Source: Eukaryota sp. GEM-RC1
Taxonomy: Eukaryota
DNA length: 64,000 nucleotides
Direction: 5' to 3'
Assembly (NCBI GenBank): GCA_040285855.1
Contig: JAUFOQ010000017.1
Location: forward strand, 744,001 to 808,000
Positions 35,072-49,200 of the stretch are shown here, one piece after another (position 1 is the stretch's first letter; each line of letters starts with the position of its first letter). The notes beneath the pieces are model-generated. The model was given only the letters and a program-made list of their open reading frames with translations. It was not told the DNA's origin and did not search any database. Position numbers and translations under genes: made by a program.

Positions 35072-37046
35072 ATGTTCAAAGAACATCGCCAAAAGCTTCC
35101 AATATGGTCCTATAAAGACACACTTCTTTCCTATTTCACACAAAACCAAGTCACAGTTTTAGTTGGAGAAACTGGCTGTGGTAAATCAACACAAGTTCCT
35201 CAATATCTACCTTCAAATCTATCTATTTGCGTGACTCAACCTCGACGTGTAGCAGCTGTTACACTCGCCAGAAGAGTTGCCAAGGAACAAAACGTCACCC
35301 TTGGTCAAGAAGTTGGTTACTCTGTCCGTTTTGATGACACCACTTCCTCCAAAACCAGAATAAAATTTGTTACTGACGGAATGCTTCTCCGTGAAATGAT
35401 GTTGGATAGATCACTTTCCAAGTATGATGTTGTTATACTTGATGAAGCCCATGAAAGATCGGTAGCTTCTGAAGTTCTCACTGGTCTTCTCAAACTTCTA
35501 CTTGTTGAAAAGCCCACGTTCAAAGTCATCATCATGTCTGCTACACTCCACGCTGACTCCTTCTCCTCCTTCTTTAATGCTCCAATACTTTCTGTTGAAG
35601 GACGAATGTTCCCTGTTCAAACTTTCTACACTCCCACACCTGGAAACAGACTATGTCGTGGCCATGACAATAGCTGTGATACAAACACACTTGGATGAAA
35701 ACAAAGGCGATATCCTTTGCTTTTTACCTGGTCAGGATGATATTGAGTCTGTTGTAAGGTCTCTTGAAAGTAAGAACATTGAGATTACCAAACATAATGA
35801 AGCAAACCCTGATGACCCTATTCAACCATTGTTAGTTCTTCCCTTGTTCGCAGCTATGCGTGCTGAAGATCAAATGAAAGTATTTAAGAATACCCCTGCC
35901 AATACAAGAAAAGTTATTGTAGCTACAAACATCGCTGAAACTTCTCTAACAATTCCTGGTGTTGTTTATGTTATTGACTGTGGGCTCCACAAACAACGAA
36001 CCTTCCATCCCTCCACCGGTATAGATATCCTTAGGGTAGACCCTGTTTCTAAAGCAGGATTGACTCAGAGGAAGGGAAGAGCGGGAAGAGAAGCACCTGG
36101 GAAGTGTTTTAGGTTGTTTGAGGAGAAGGTTATTGATGAGATGATTGAGGTTGACGTGCCTGAGATACTCAGGACTGATTTGAGCTCTACTTTTTTGAAT
36201 TTGTTAGTTATTGGAGTTAATTTATTTAAAATGGAGTTATTGGCGAAACCAGATGATCAGGCGTTACGGCAAGCTGTAAAAGTTCTACAGTCGATGAAAG
36301 CGATTAAGAAAGGACGTGATGGAGTGAACTATACACTTACTGATTTAGGTAAGCAAATGTCACTCTTTCCTATTTCGGTACAATTATCAAGGGCGTTGAT
36401 TGTTGCTGCAGATCGATCTGTTCTCGATCAAGTTGCCATGATTATCTCATTGATGACGTCAGAGCACGTGTTCATGGACAATCAATCAAAATCAGGTCAA
36501 AGCTTTAGTCGATTCACTGACATTTCTGGGGATCACTGCATGTTGTTGAAACTTTTCCGTGAATACTTAGCCGACGTTAAACCAAACTTGGAAAAAATTC
36601 CCGGACGAAGATTTGAATTAAATCGGAAAAAGAGAAGAAAAAGTACATCGTGGTGTAGAAAGAATAACATCTCGTGGAAAGCAATGCGTCATGCTCTTGA
36701 TGTATATCTACAGTTGATTGATTATTGTCGTAAAGCTAATCTTTCCGTGTCGTCAATGGAGCTCACTGCTGACGTGGAGACTATGGAAATTAGAAAGAGT
36801 CTGATTGCTGGTTATTTCCTACGTATCGCTTCACTGTCAGAAGATCGTAGAACATACCAAACTCTTTCAAAGCACCAAGAATGTTTTCTTCATCCAATGT
36901 CTGTGTTAGCGTTGAATCCTAGATCTAAACCTCAATTTGTTCTTTATTCTGAGTTGGTATCTACAACGAAGGTATATATGAGGACGGTTTCAGAGATTGA
37001 GGAGAGTTGGATAGAGGAGGTTGTTCCTGGGTTTAATCTTCATTAG
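35072..37046 (+). CDS. DEAH-box RNA helicase (DHX33/DHR2-like), one frameshift near 35640
   Basis: GETGCGKST, TQPRRVAA, TDGMLL, DEAH, SAT, ATNIAETSLTI, QRKGRAGR, HA2/OB C-terminus. Confidence 0.93.
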
Positions 37047-37199
37047 ACGTTGTTTAGTTTTAGTTTTAGTTTTTTGTTGTTTTCAGTTTGGTACTGTGAT
37101 CTTTTACATGTTGGTCTGCTTCTAATTGATATAGGATTGTGACTTTATAAAAATGTATTGCACTGCAGTTATATCTAAGATACACAAATTTTTCCATAA

Positions 37200-40100
37200 A
37201 TTGTAAGGTTCACTACCCTTTTCCACAATATACCAATAGACGTTACCCAAGTCAACAAATTCTTCTTGTTTCAACAAGAAGTTTTTTTCTAGATAAATTG
37301 GAGATCAGAATTGTCGCTAATTTCACCTGACCTCTGGCAAACTTGTTTTCCAGCAGATATTTGTGAAATACCAGAGCGATGTGTCACCTCTTTAAAATTT
37401 GCTCTGAAGAAACTCCAAAAACATCTTTTAAAACATTTTGAATTTCTGGATATTAAAATTCGACTTGGTCAGAATTTTTTTTGAAGTAACTTTTTCTGTT
37501 TTTGCACAAGCATTCTTTTCACAGATTGATTATAAAACCCGTTTTTCAAATCCAAATATTATTATAAACATATTGTGTCTGCTATTTTGAATTAAAAGAC
37601 TAAATTTGTCACAACCTTTTTTCTGAGGTAAACTGTTCTATACACTTTAGTTCTTCCTTTGCAAACTCAATTTACGGTCGACTTGGTAAAGAGCTCTGTG
37701 TTTTCTGTCTGATTTTGAGGAAGTTCTCAAAATAAGAATGAACAAGAAACTTGATTTTAAGTTATGGTTGAATCGTCTTATCTTTTCAATTTTTAAAACA
37801 ATTTCTGTTATTGCTTAGTTTTCCAATTTGTGTTTGCAATCACCGTTTTACAGCCACATTTCGTCATTTTGTTAGTTGTAAGAAATTTTTGCAATTTCGA
37901 TCTGTTCTACATAATGCTGTTCGTGATTTAACTTACGAAATGTTCAAATCCTTTATAAAGTTGTAAAACTGAACCGCTTTTGAAACTGTATAGTGGCAAT
38001 AACGTGTTTGATTCTCGATGTGGTGACCTAATTGCTCCTTTCCTGGATTCATCTCAAGTTGTGGTTGATTTTAGTACATTTGACCCGTTTGCAAAAGTCT
38101 ACCAAGACTCCATTTTGAATGATTCAAGTGGTCATATCTTGAAAAGGCTGAACAGCGAAAGCGTTCAAATTATACGGATGCTTTGAAGAAGCTTAATGAA
38201 AATTTATGTTCTAGGTTTTCATTGTTCCATTTACAATTCCAATTTTTGGTAACATTGGTCCAGTAGGTTCAAAATGTTTTAACGTTTTTATTCTTTTATG
38301 TCGTTCTAATGGCAAGGTTTTTAATAGTGCTGTGTGGATTAATCGAAGTATGTTTGCTCGTTATAGAAGCATTGCCAAGTATTTAAGTTCCATTTATTCA
38401 TTTAATGTCAATGTAGGAGAAGTAGGTTTTACATCTTCCAGATACTGGACAAAAGCTGCTTTACTGGGTGGGGAACAAATTTTGTATTTGAATTTAGTCA
38501 AAGATATTCTGACAGCTTGTCGCTTCTAGAGTCTGTAAATAGTTTCTATTTAGATAACCGTCGTCAAGAAGTGAATTCACTTAGATCAGAAGTTTGGTCC
38601 TTTTGTTGCCCAAGAGACATCCAGGATATCCCTGAAATATATTTACTTTCTTTGAGATTTGCCCTGAAAAGATTCAGCATCATCTTTCAAAACATTTTGA
38701 AAGTTTGGATTTTGTTGTTTGTTTTCACTCGCCTTAAAATAATCCTACTTTCGCAAATTTTTTGTCAGATTTGCAAGATAGCTCGGCAGCGGCTTTTATA
38801 AATCAAATTCCGCAAATTTATGGATTGTTGTTGAATGATCATCAATGGACCACTATCATCTGTTTAAAGATGCTTTTTATGGCCTCATAATCTACCCAAT
38901 GGTTGTTATTTTCAATGTAAACAATTGCTAACGATGTCTCATCTGTTTTCTTGTTCGCATTACTTTACCTATCGATCTTCTATCCATGACCCAGTAAGAG
39001 ATCAACTACATGCTAAGTGTAATTCCTACAAAATTGAATCATTCATTGAACCATTGTTTAGATCTCTTGACATCAATCAACAAACCAAAAAGAAAAAGAC
39101 TTTTGGAACAAAGACGTACTGACCTTATTATACCTTATTCTTCTCAATCATTATCAGTGATTGAGGCTGTCTCAGTGGATGTTTGCAAAAAAAGTTGTAA
39201 CAAATTGGTTGCAAAGGAAGTATCACCTCTAGATACTGCAGAAAATAACAAACAAGGAAAGTATGTTGATGCACTGGAAGACCTGAAATACATTGCTCAT
39301 GTTAATTATTCACTTATTCCATTTGTCATTTCAATGTATGGTTGTTTGGGTAAATTATCCATGAAGTTCTTAGATGATTTTGCAAAGGTTGGTGCTCGTA
39401 GAACTAACAAAATTTTTGGCAGAACAGAATTGTCTTTACAATTCTAAAAGCAGTTCGCACAATGATTTCGAAATCTTTGTTATCCGTCAGTGCGCATTAT
39501 GAAAACAAAGCTTCAACAAGGTTCGATTTTAAGGAATCTTGCTTTGATGATATTGAGTTTTAGACTATGTATTTCATTATGTCTGCCATAAAAAATTAAA
39601 ATTTAAAAGTATATTCGAAGTTGTATAGGGATAAGTTCGTGTTGATGGGAAGAATTTAACTTCTTCCATTTTCTCGATTAGTACGTACAATGTATTAATG
39701 TATTGTTGCAAATAAACTCTAAATAAATTTCTATTATGATTTTAAACGCTCTATTAGCTCTCAGTATTTTCTATGAAGGAAAAGCTGATGTGAGTTTTAA
39801 TGACAATGAATGTTGCTTTAATGCTATTGAGTTCTAGGTTTTGTACTTACTACTATCAGTATCTTACTGTTTTTGTTCTATAAAGAATCCTTTTAAGAAA
39901 AAGTTCTTCAACTACTACTGTACCAGTACAGTACAGTAGAAAAAAACGGGGTTTATGATCAGTCAGTGAAATACATGCATTTGCAGAAGTTAATAACTAA
40001 CAAACACTAGCTAAAATATCTAAACTATGATCCTTCTGTCCATCACCGAATAACTTACCTAAAATTGAATTAAAATATCTGTGCATTGAACGAAACAACG

Positions 40101-40240
40101 CAAACGTTAACCTACTCAACCAAAAATTTTCATTGAAAACTTTACCATACTCAGAACACAATTTACCAAAGGAAGTTAAAAAAGTACAGTAGATGAAATG
40201 TAGAATTTTTCCAAGTCCATTAACACTACTAGTACCATGT
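37200..40240. mobile_element. cluster of degenerate non-LTR retrotransposon 3' fragments with restriction-like endonuclease (CRE/R2-like clades)
   Basis: C.....HLFSC......HD.VRDQL zinc motif, then RRTDLII...VI.AVSVD...AE..K..KY...LIPFV...YG.LG (38900-39450); a similar RCGDLI..VVVDFST.DP at 38010; a minus-strand fragment at 39997-40240. Confidence 0.7.
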
Positions 40241-40249
40241 ACATTGTAC

Positions 40250-43200
40250 ATGTTTTCTCTAACTGCTTTCCTCATTTTTTTGCCTTCTTTACAGTGTTGC
40301 TGCATTTAATCCTTGCAATTATTGTTCTGATGATACTTCAGATGATGATACACTAGTTCTTCCTCTCATTTTCGAAACTCAGGATCCATCTACCTCAAAC
40401 CTTGTTCTCTGTAATTCTGTTTATGATATTAAAGTCAACACCTTCAGAATCACGGAAAGTCTCCATGTTTGTGCAGCATCAGTAGAACTCATTATTAGCA
40501 GATACAGTTCTGGCGATTATATGATGTGGTCGTCTTCCCTGAGTGCTTTCTTATATCTAGGAAATTCTGACACAGACAATCCCTTTGTTATCCATTCCAA
40601 TGGCAATTCACTAATCTTGCACGGAGCCTTTCCACACTCATTATCACTTACATTCTTGTCTGCTGTAGAAATCAATTTCGACTTTGATCTTTCACATTTC
40701 TCCCTTCAAGTTTTCTTTCTAAAACAAGTCACTATATCTGAGACTCTGACCACCCGTTCCGCTTCTTTCCATGACGTTGTCCTCAAAGGCTCTGGTGAAT
40801 GGCGTTTTTCCAACTACGATATCGCCATAGGAGCTTCACCCAGTATTAGTCACTTTACTGGTCAACCATGTAGAATTGTACATATGAACTCTGCTGATTT
40901 CCACAGATTCCGTGTCCAGTGTCCACTTCTAATATCAGGTACTGGGACTTTAACTGTTAAGGACACTGTTAGCTTTGCTAACCCATCAGATGAACCAAAT
41001 GTATATACCCTTCAAATGGATGGGTCTTCTAATATAAATTTTCCTGCTAGCGTTGTTACGACGTCTAACTTTAAAATTTTTATTAATAGTGTCAACAAGT
41101 TTACATTTACTGGAACTAGCGATAATATTGTAGATCAAGTCAGAATTGAATCAGGAACTTTAGATATTCAATCCAAATTAGTTACATCTTCGTTAGTTTT
41201 TGGTGGCGGAACTATTGTTGGCGATACACTTGAAGTTCGAAATACTCTTGAATCGTCTAGTGTAGATTCTTTAGAGTGTGCACAGTTCAGAGCAACTTCT
41301 CTTGTTCTTTCCTTTTCCAGTAATTTAATTTACGACTATGTTATTGATTTCTCACCTAAGTCTTCACTTGAAATTGCTTCTGGTTTTCAAGTTACATTTA
41401 ATAACCCACAAAATCAGTTTAATTCTGATTTCTTTGATTCATCAACTCTTTCAGTAAAAGGAACTGCAATTATGTCAAACTCTTTTTCTCATATTACTAA
41501 TGTTGAGATATTGGGTGGTAAAATTACTTGTATTGGAGTGGCTGCTTGTCCTGTTCGTCTAGTTTTTACTAGTGGAACAGTGCATGGTGTCTTCCGCCTC
41601 TATTCGCTGATTTACAACGATAACAGTCAAAGCATAACCTTGCATCCTGATACTGAACTTCTTCTTTGGACTTCTGTTGAATCATTTCATTTATATTGTG
41701 AAGCAGCTTGTACAGTATCAGTTGAATCTGAACAGGAAGTAGAATTAACTGGGGATGTCATGATTGAACTGAATGAAGATCATGGTGCTGTAACCTTTGA
41801 TGTTTGTGGGGATCTAGAAATTAATCTGGATAACACTTTAGTGTTGGACAAGCTTTTAGTTAGTGGTACAATTGATATTCAAAGTGATTTACTAATTGTT
41901 AATGATGTGACCCTAGATGAAGGAACAATTACCGGAAATTCACTGGAAATTAAAAATGAAATTTCGTCTTTGGGTTCGTCGGTCTTTTCAGCATTACTTC
42001 TTGTTATTTCAAATACTTTGAATTATAATTCTGTCATTGAGTTCTCTTCCCATTCTTCCTTGGAAATTGCTCATGGTGTTACAGTTACATTTGATAATCC
42101 AAATGAGCAGTTCACTGCCCAGTACTTTGCTTTAACATCTCTTTTAGTAAGGGGAAACGTCATCATGTCTCAATCTTTTTCTCATACTACTAATATTGAA
42201 CTAATGGGTGGTAAAATTACTTGTACCGTGGGTTCTTGTCCTGTTCACTTTGTTGTTCGTAGTGGGACTTTGGATGGTAATTTTTTTATGTACTCATTGA
42301 TTTACACCGATTTTGGTGAAGAACAGTCCACTTTATATTTATCAGATAATTCTGTATTAAATCTCAAAGCTAATCAATTTGTTTCCCTAACTGTTGAATG
42401 TGAATCATTGTGTACTCTTAAAGTTCCAGAAGAATCTACTGTAGAGTTTGTTGATTTTGTTGAGTTTTTGTCTGATTCGACGGATTCTATCTTTATTAAT
42501 GAGGGAATGGCGACTTTTGAGGTAAGTACGTTTAATTCAGAACTAAAATTTGAAAATCATAACGATTTAACTTTCGTCTCCTCCAGTTCAATAAGTTTAG
42601 AGAATTTTAATTTTGTTAAAGGAACTGTTTCTGTAGAATCTGAGTCGTCTTTGCTACTTACTGATTTTACTTGGATTAAAGGAGACTTTTCAGGAGATGT
42701 CACAGTTTCAAACTCCATTACTGCTGTTGGTGCTGAAGTTCGTAGTTTTACTGATGGTACTTTTACCTTGTCTGTTTCTACAGTAGAATCCATGGCTGTT
42801 ACTTTTTCCACATCATCAGTCTTGAAAATTCCCGTAAACAAAAACGTCATCTTTTCCAATTCTATTCAACAGTTCAACGCTGAGTTGTTTAAAGGTCTTC
42901 TAATAGTAGAAGGATCCCTAACTCTACAAGATGATGACGGAGACATCTCCACCATTACGAATTTAGAAGTTCAAAGCACGGGAGACCTGCATTGTGATGA
43001 CTGTGAAATTGATTCATTGACTTGGTCTAAGGGAAAACTTTCTGGACAATTATCACTTTGTTCTGATATAGCTTATGGTGATGATAAGTCTAATTTATAT
43101 ATATTGGATAATTCTCAGCTAACTCTCAAAGCTGTTCAGTTTGTTTCTCTAACAGTTGAGTGTAAATCAATGTGTACTCTTAAAGTTCCAGAAGAATCTA

Positions 43201-46200
43201 CTGTAGAGTTTACTGACTCTGTTCAATTTTTATCTGATTCTACGGCTTCTGTTTTTATTAATGAGGGAATAACAACTTTTGATGTCAGTATCCATACATT
43301 TACTTCAGAATTGATGTTTGAGAATTATAATGATCTAACTTTCGCATCTTCCAGTTCATTTAGTATTAAAGATTTCAATTTTGTTAAAGGAACTGTTACT
43401 GTGGTGCCTGACTCTTCTTTGCTACTTACTGATTTTACTTGGATTAAAGGAGACTTTTCAGGAGATGTCACTGTTTCAAACTCCATTACTGCTGTTGGTG
43501 CTGAAGTTCGTAGTTTTACTGATGGTACTTTTACCTTGTCTGTTTCTACAGTAGAATCCATGGCTGTTACTTTTCCACACTATCAGTCTTGAAAATTCCC
43601 GTAAACAACAACGTCATCTTTTCCAACTCTATTCAACAGTTCAACGCTGAGTTGTTTAAAGGTCTTCTAATATTAGAAGGATCCCTAACTCTACAAGATG
43701 ATGACGGTGACGTCTCCACCATCAAGAATTTAAAAGTTCACAATTCGCGTTACCTGCATTGTGATGACTGTGAAATTGATTCATTGACCTGGTCAAAAGG
43801 AGAGTTTTCTGGACAATTATCACTTTGTTCTGATATAATTTATGCTGGTGAAGAGTCGAATTTATATTTATTAGATAATGCTGAATTAAATCTCAAAGCT
43901 AATCAATTTGTTGCCCTAACTGTTGAGTGTAAATCAATGTGTACTCTTAAAGTTCCAGAAGAATCTACTGTGGAGTTTATTGATTCTGTTCAATTTTTAT
44001 CTGATTCTACGGATTCTATCTTTATTAATGATGGAATAACAACTTTTGATGTAAATTCGAATGGGTTTAACTCAGAATTGATGTTTGAAAATCATAATGA
44101 TTTAACCTTCACATCTTCCAGTTCATTTAGTATTAAAGATTTCAATTTTGTTAAAGGAACTGTTACTGTGGTTCCTGACTCTTCTTTACTACTTACTGAT
44201 TTTACTTGGATTGAAGGAGACTTTTCAGGAGATATCACTGTTTCAAACTCCATTACTGCTGTTGGTGCTGAAGTTCGTAGTTTTACTGATGGTACTTTTA
44301 CCTGGTCTGTTTCTACAGTAGAATCCATGACTGTTACTTTTCCACACCATCAGTCCTCAAAATTCCCGTAAACAAAAACGTCATCTTTTCCAACTCTATT
44401 CAACAGTTCAACGCTGAGTTGTTTAAAGGTCTTCTAATAGTAGAAGGATCCCTAACTCTACAAGATAATGAGGGAGACTTCTCCACCGTTAAGAATTTAG
44501 AAGTTCAAAGTTCGGGACACCTACATTGTGATGATTGTGAAATTGATTCATTGGCTTGGTCTAAAGGAGAACTTTCTGGACAAATATCACTTTGTTCTGA
44601 TATAGTTTATGGTGCTGATAAGTCTAATCTGTATTTATCAACTAATTCTCAGCTAACTCTCAAAGCTGTTCAATTTGTTTCTCTAACAGTTGAGTGTAAA
44701 TCAACGTGTACCCTTAAAGTTCCAGAAGAATCTACTGTAGAGTTTGTTGATTCCGTTGAATTTTTGTCTGATTCTACGGATTCTATCTTTATTAATGAGG
44801 GAATGGCGACTTTTGAGGTAAGTACGTTTAATTCAGAACTAAAATTTGAAAATCATAATGGTTTAACTTTCTTCTCCTCCAGTTCAATAAGTTTAGAGAA
44901 TTTTAATTTTGTTAAAGGAACTGTTTCTGTAGAATCTGACTCGTCTTTGCTACTTACTGATTTTACTTGGATTAAAGGAGACTTTTCAGGAGATATCACG
45001 GTTTCAAACTCCATTACTGCTGTTGGTGCTGAAATTCGTAGATTTACTGATGGCACTTTTACTTTTTCTGTTTCTACAGAAGATTCCATGGTTGTGTCTT
45101 TTACCACTTCATCAGTCTTCAAAATTCCCGTAAACAAAAACGTCATCTTTTCAAACTCTATTCAACAATTCAACGATGAGTTGTTTAAAGGTCTTCTAAT
45201 AGTAGAAGGATCCCTAACTCTACAAGATGATGGCGGTGACGTCTCCACCATTAAGAATTTAGAAGTTCAAAGTTCGGGACACCTACATTGTGATGATTGT
45301 GAAATTGATTCATTGGCTTGGTCTAACGGAAAACTTTCTGGACAAATATCACTTTGTTCTGATATAATTTATTCTGGTGAACAGTCGAATTTATATTTAT
45401 CAGACAATGCTGAATTAAATCTCAAAGCCAATCAATTTGTTGCCCTAATTGTTGAATGTGAATCATTGTGCACCCTTAAAGTTCCAGAAGAATCTACTGT
45501 AAAGTTTATTGATTCTGTTCAATTTTTGTCTGATTCTCTGGATTCTATCTTTATTAATGAGGGAATGACCACTTTTGATGTAAATGCGAATGCGTTTAAC
45601 TCAGTATTGAAGTTTGAAAATCATAATGGTTTAACTTTCGTCTCATCCAGTTCATTTAGTATTAAAGATTTTAATTTTGTTAAAGGAACTGTTTCTGTAG
45701 AATCTGACTCTTCTTTGCTACTTACTGATTTTACTTGGATTAAAGGAGATTTTTCAGGAGATGTCACTGTTTCAAACTCCATTACTGCTGTTGGTGCTGA
45801 AGTTCGTCGATTTACTGACGGCACTTTTACTTTGTCTGATTCCACAATAGATTCCATGGTTGTTACTTTTACCACGTCATCAATCTTGAAAGTTTGCATC
45901 ACTAAAAACGTCATCTTTTCCAATTCTATTCACCAGTTCAACACTGAGTTGTTTAAAGGTCTTCTAATAGTAGAAGGATCCCTAACTCTACAAGATGATG
46001 ACGGACACATCTCCACCATCAAGAATTTAAAAGTTCAAAATTCGGGATACCTGCATTGTGATGACTGTGAAATTAATTCATTGACTTGGTCTAAAGGAGA
46101 ATTGTCTGGAAAATTATCACTTTGTTCTGATATAATTTATGGTAATGATAAGTCTAATTTATATTTATCAACTAATTCTCAGCTAACTCTCAAAGCTGTT

Positions 46201-49200
46201 CAATTTGTTGGTCTAATTGTTGAATGTGAATCAATGTGTACTCTTAAAGTTCCAGAAGAATCTACTGTAGAGTTTGCTAATTCTGTTGAATTTCTGTCTG
46301 ATTCTACAGATTCTATCTTTATTAATGATGGAATAACAACTTTTGATGTAAATTTGAATGGGTTTAACTCAGAATTGATGTTTGAAAATCATAATGGTTT
46401 AACCTTCACATCTTCCAGTTTATTTAGTATTAAAGACTTTAATTTTGTTAAAGGAACTGTTACTGTGGTGCCTGACTCTTCTTTACTACTTACTGATTTT
46501 ACTTGGATTGAAGGAGACTTTTCAGGTGATGTCACTGTTTCAAACTCCATTACTGCTGTTGGTGCTGAAGTTCGTAGTTTTATTGATGGTACTTTTACTT
46601 TGTCTGATTCCACAATAGATTCCATGGTTGTTACTTTTGCCACATCAGCAGTCTTGAAAGTTTGCATCACTAAAAACGTCATCTTTTCAAATTCTATTCA
46701 GCAGTTCAACGATGAGTTGTTTAAAGGTCTTCTAATAGTAGAAGGATCCATAACTCTACAAGATGATGAGGGAGACATCTCCACCATTAAGAATTTAGAA
46801 GTTCAAAGCACGGGACACCTGCATTGTGATGACTGTGAAATTGATTCATTGACCTGGTCTAAAGGAGAACTTTCTGGACAATTATCACTTTGTTCTGATA
46901 TAATTTATGCTGGTGAAGAACAGTCCACTTTATATTTATTAGATAATGCTGAATTAAATCTCAAAGCTAATCAATTTGTTGCCCTGACTGTTGAATGTAA
47001 ATCAATGTGTACTCTTAAAGTGCCAGAAGAATCTACTGTAGAGTTTGTTGATTTTGTTGAGTTTTTATCTGATTCTAAGGATGCAATTTTTATTAATAAG
47101 GGAATAACCACTTTTAATTTAAATATTGATGTGATTATTTCAGAAGTGAAGTTTGAAAATCATAATGAATTGACTTTCGTTTCTTCCAGTTCATTCGGTA
47201 TCCAAAATTTTAATTTTGTTGAAGGAATTGTTACTGTTACAGGAGTATCCCTATTAGTTGAGCATTTTGTTTGGAATAATGGAGACTTTTCTGGAAACGT
47301 CACCATCTCAAAGTCAATTAATGCCGTTAATGGTGAAGTCTTAAGATATTCTAATGGATTTTTTGATCTACTCGTTGATGATGTTGCTTCATTGAAGATT
47401 AATTTTCTGCCATCATCAGTCCTAAGGATTCCAGTTGACCACACCTCATCTTTCTCTAAATCATCAGAGCAGTTCAATCGTGATCTTTTTCATGGTGAAT
47501 TGCAAGTTTTTGGAAGTTTAACTCTTACTGACATCTCTAATTTGTATTCATTCATCAAATTATTGAAAATCGATTCGGGGAAAGTTGTCTCCTATTGTGA
47601 CTTGGAAATTTCTCTTCTTGTAAGCATTGGGGGGAGTTTCAAGTCATCTGGCAACTCACCAGTTTCAGTTGGATTTGCAGAACTTTGGTATTCTACGCTT
47701 CTTGGAAATGAGTTTACTATAACAAATATAACTTCTTTTAATGGCAGTTTCTTCTCTAATATCACGTTACTTGACGTCGGTGATTTTTGGGGAGATACCA
47801 CTATTTATGATCATGCTACTCTGACCAACAATGGAACACTTTTTCAACGTTCTCCAATTATTTCAAATTCTACTAAACCCATTGTTAACAATAATTTCTA
47901 TCAGTCTGCCAGTTCTTTAAATCTATTTCAACCAAATGATGAACCAGTATTTCCAAATATTCAATATCTCATTTTTCAAAGTAATGACAAGTTAGTGACT
48001 ATTGATTGGCAACTCCAGTCTTTGGAAACTTCTACCGTGTATTGTATTTCAGATGTTCTTTTCACTGCAACATTATCAATTGACGGAAAACTTGACGTCT
48101 TTTCAAATTTGTACTTGTCTTTCAATGCTGACGCTGTCTTGACTGAAACAAGTGCGACTTCTTTTATAACTCCATAATTGAAAGTAATAGCTCATTGACT
48201 TTATATGGCAATTGTTCCTTTCTAAATTCTTCTCTGCTAGGATCAGGCGTGTTCAAGTTTAAGTCTTCATCTGTCGTGAATCAGTCTTCTTCTCTTTCTT
48301 TACTTTCACCTTTTATTATTGACGTTGAGGAGTTGGCTTACTTTATTTTACATACTATTTCTCTTCATAACAGTCAGCGTCTTTTAACTGATTGTGAATT
48401 TGAAGAATTTTACTGGTTTGGAGGTTCTTTGTTTGGTTCATCTTCTAATGAAATTCTTATCTCTCATATGTTTCTGGAAGGTAGTGACTTTTCGCTATTG
48501 ATTTCTGATCTATTGATTTTTGTTAATAACTTCAGTAGTAGTGATTGTAATGTTCAGCTCAACAATTCGAACGTTACACTACTGGAAAGTAGTCTCTTTG
48601 TTTGTCAATCAGAATTGATTGATTGTGACGGTCGTTGGACTTCTGAAGAAAACGGTCATTTGGTTAACTGTGGACATGTTCTATTCCAACAATTCAATTA
48701 TTTCCTGATTCAAACCACTTCACTGTCAAGTAGTGGTTACGTGGAGATTGATCAAGTGTCACAAATTGATTTTGAAACAGTTACTCATTTTTCTGGTAAT
48801 TGTACTATTAGAAAATCTAATGTTTTCTTCCAGTCTTTGATGGCAGAGGGATCAACATTGTGCTTTGATGATTCAATTATTTCTTCTAATTCCGCTGTTT
48901 TCTGCAATTCTTCTGTCAGCTCTTATACTAACATAACTCTTGAATATGGTATATTTGAATTTACTCTGTCAATTGTCTCTAGTCCATCAATTTTTTCAGA
49001 AATTCAAGTTTAATTTTCTCCTCTAATGAGCTGTATTTACCAATAATTTCCGTTATTGCTTCCAAACATTACGTGTGATGATTGTCGTTTTTCCTCTCTT
49101 TCATTTGAAAATACATCGGAACTTTTTGGCAACTTCACTTTTTCTTCAAATATTTGTAGTTTAAACTCTTCTGTTCTTCGGTTTTCTGATGGTGTATCTT

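Noticed and set aside
42557..47801. Repeated minus-strand ORFs in the giant gene
   Set aside because: Antisense shadows of the 765-bp coding repeat
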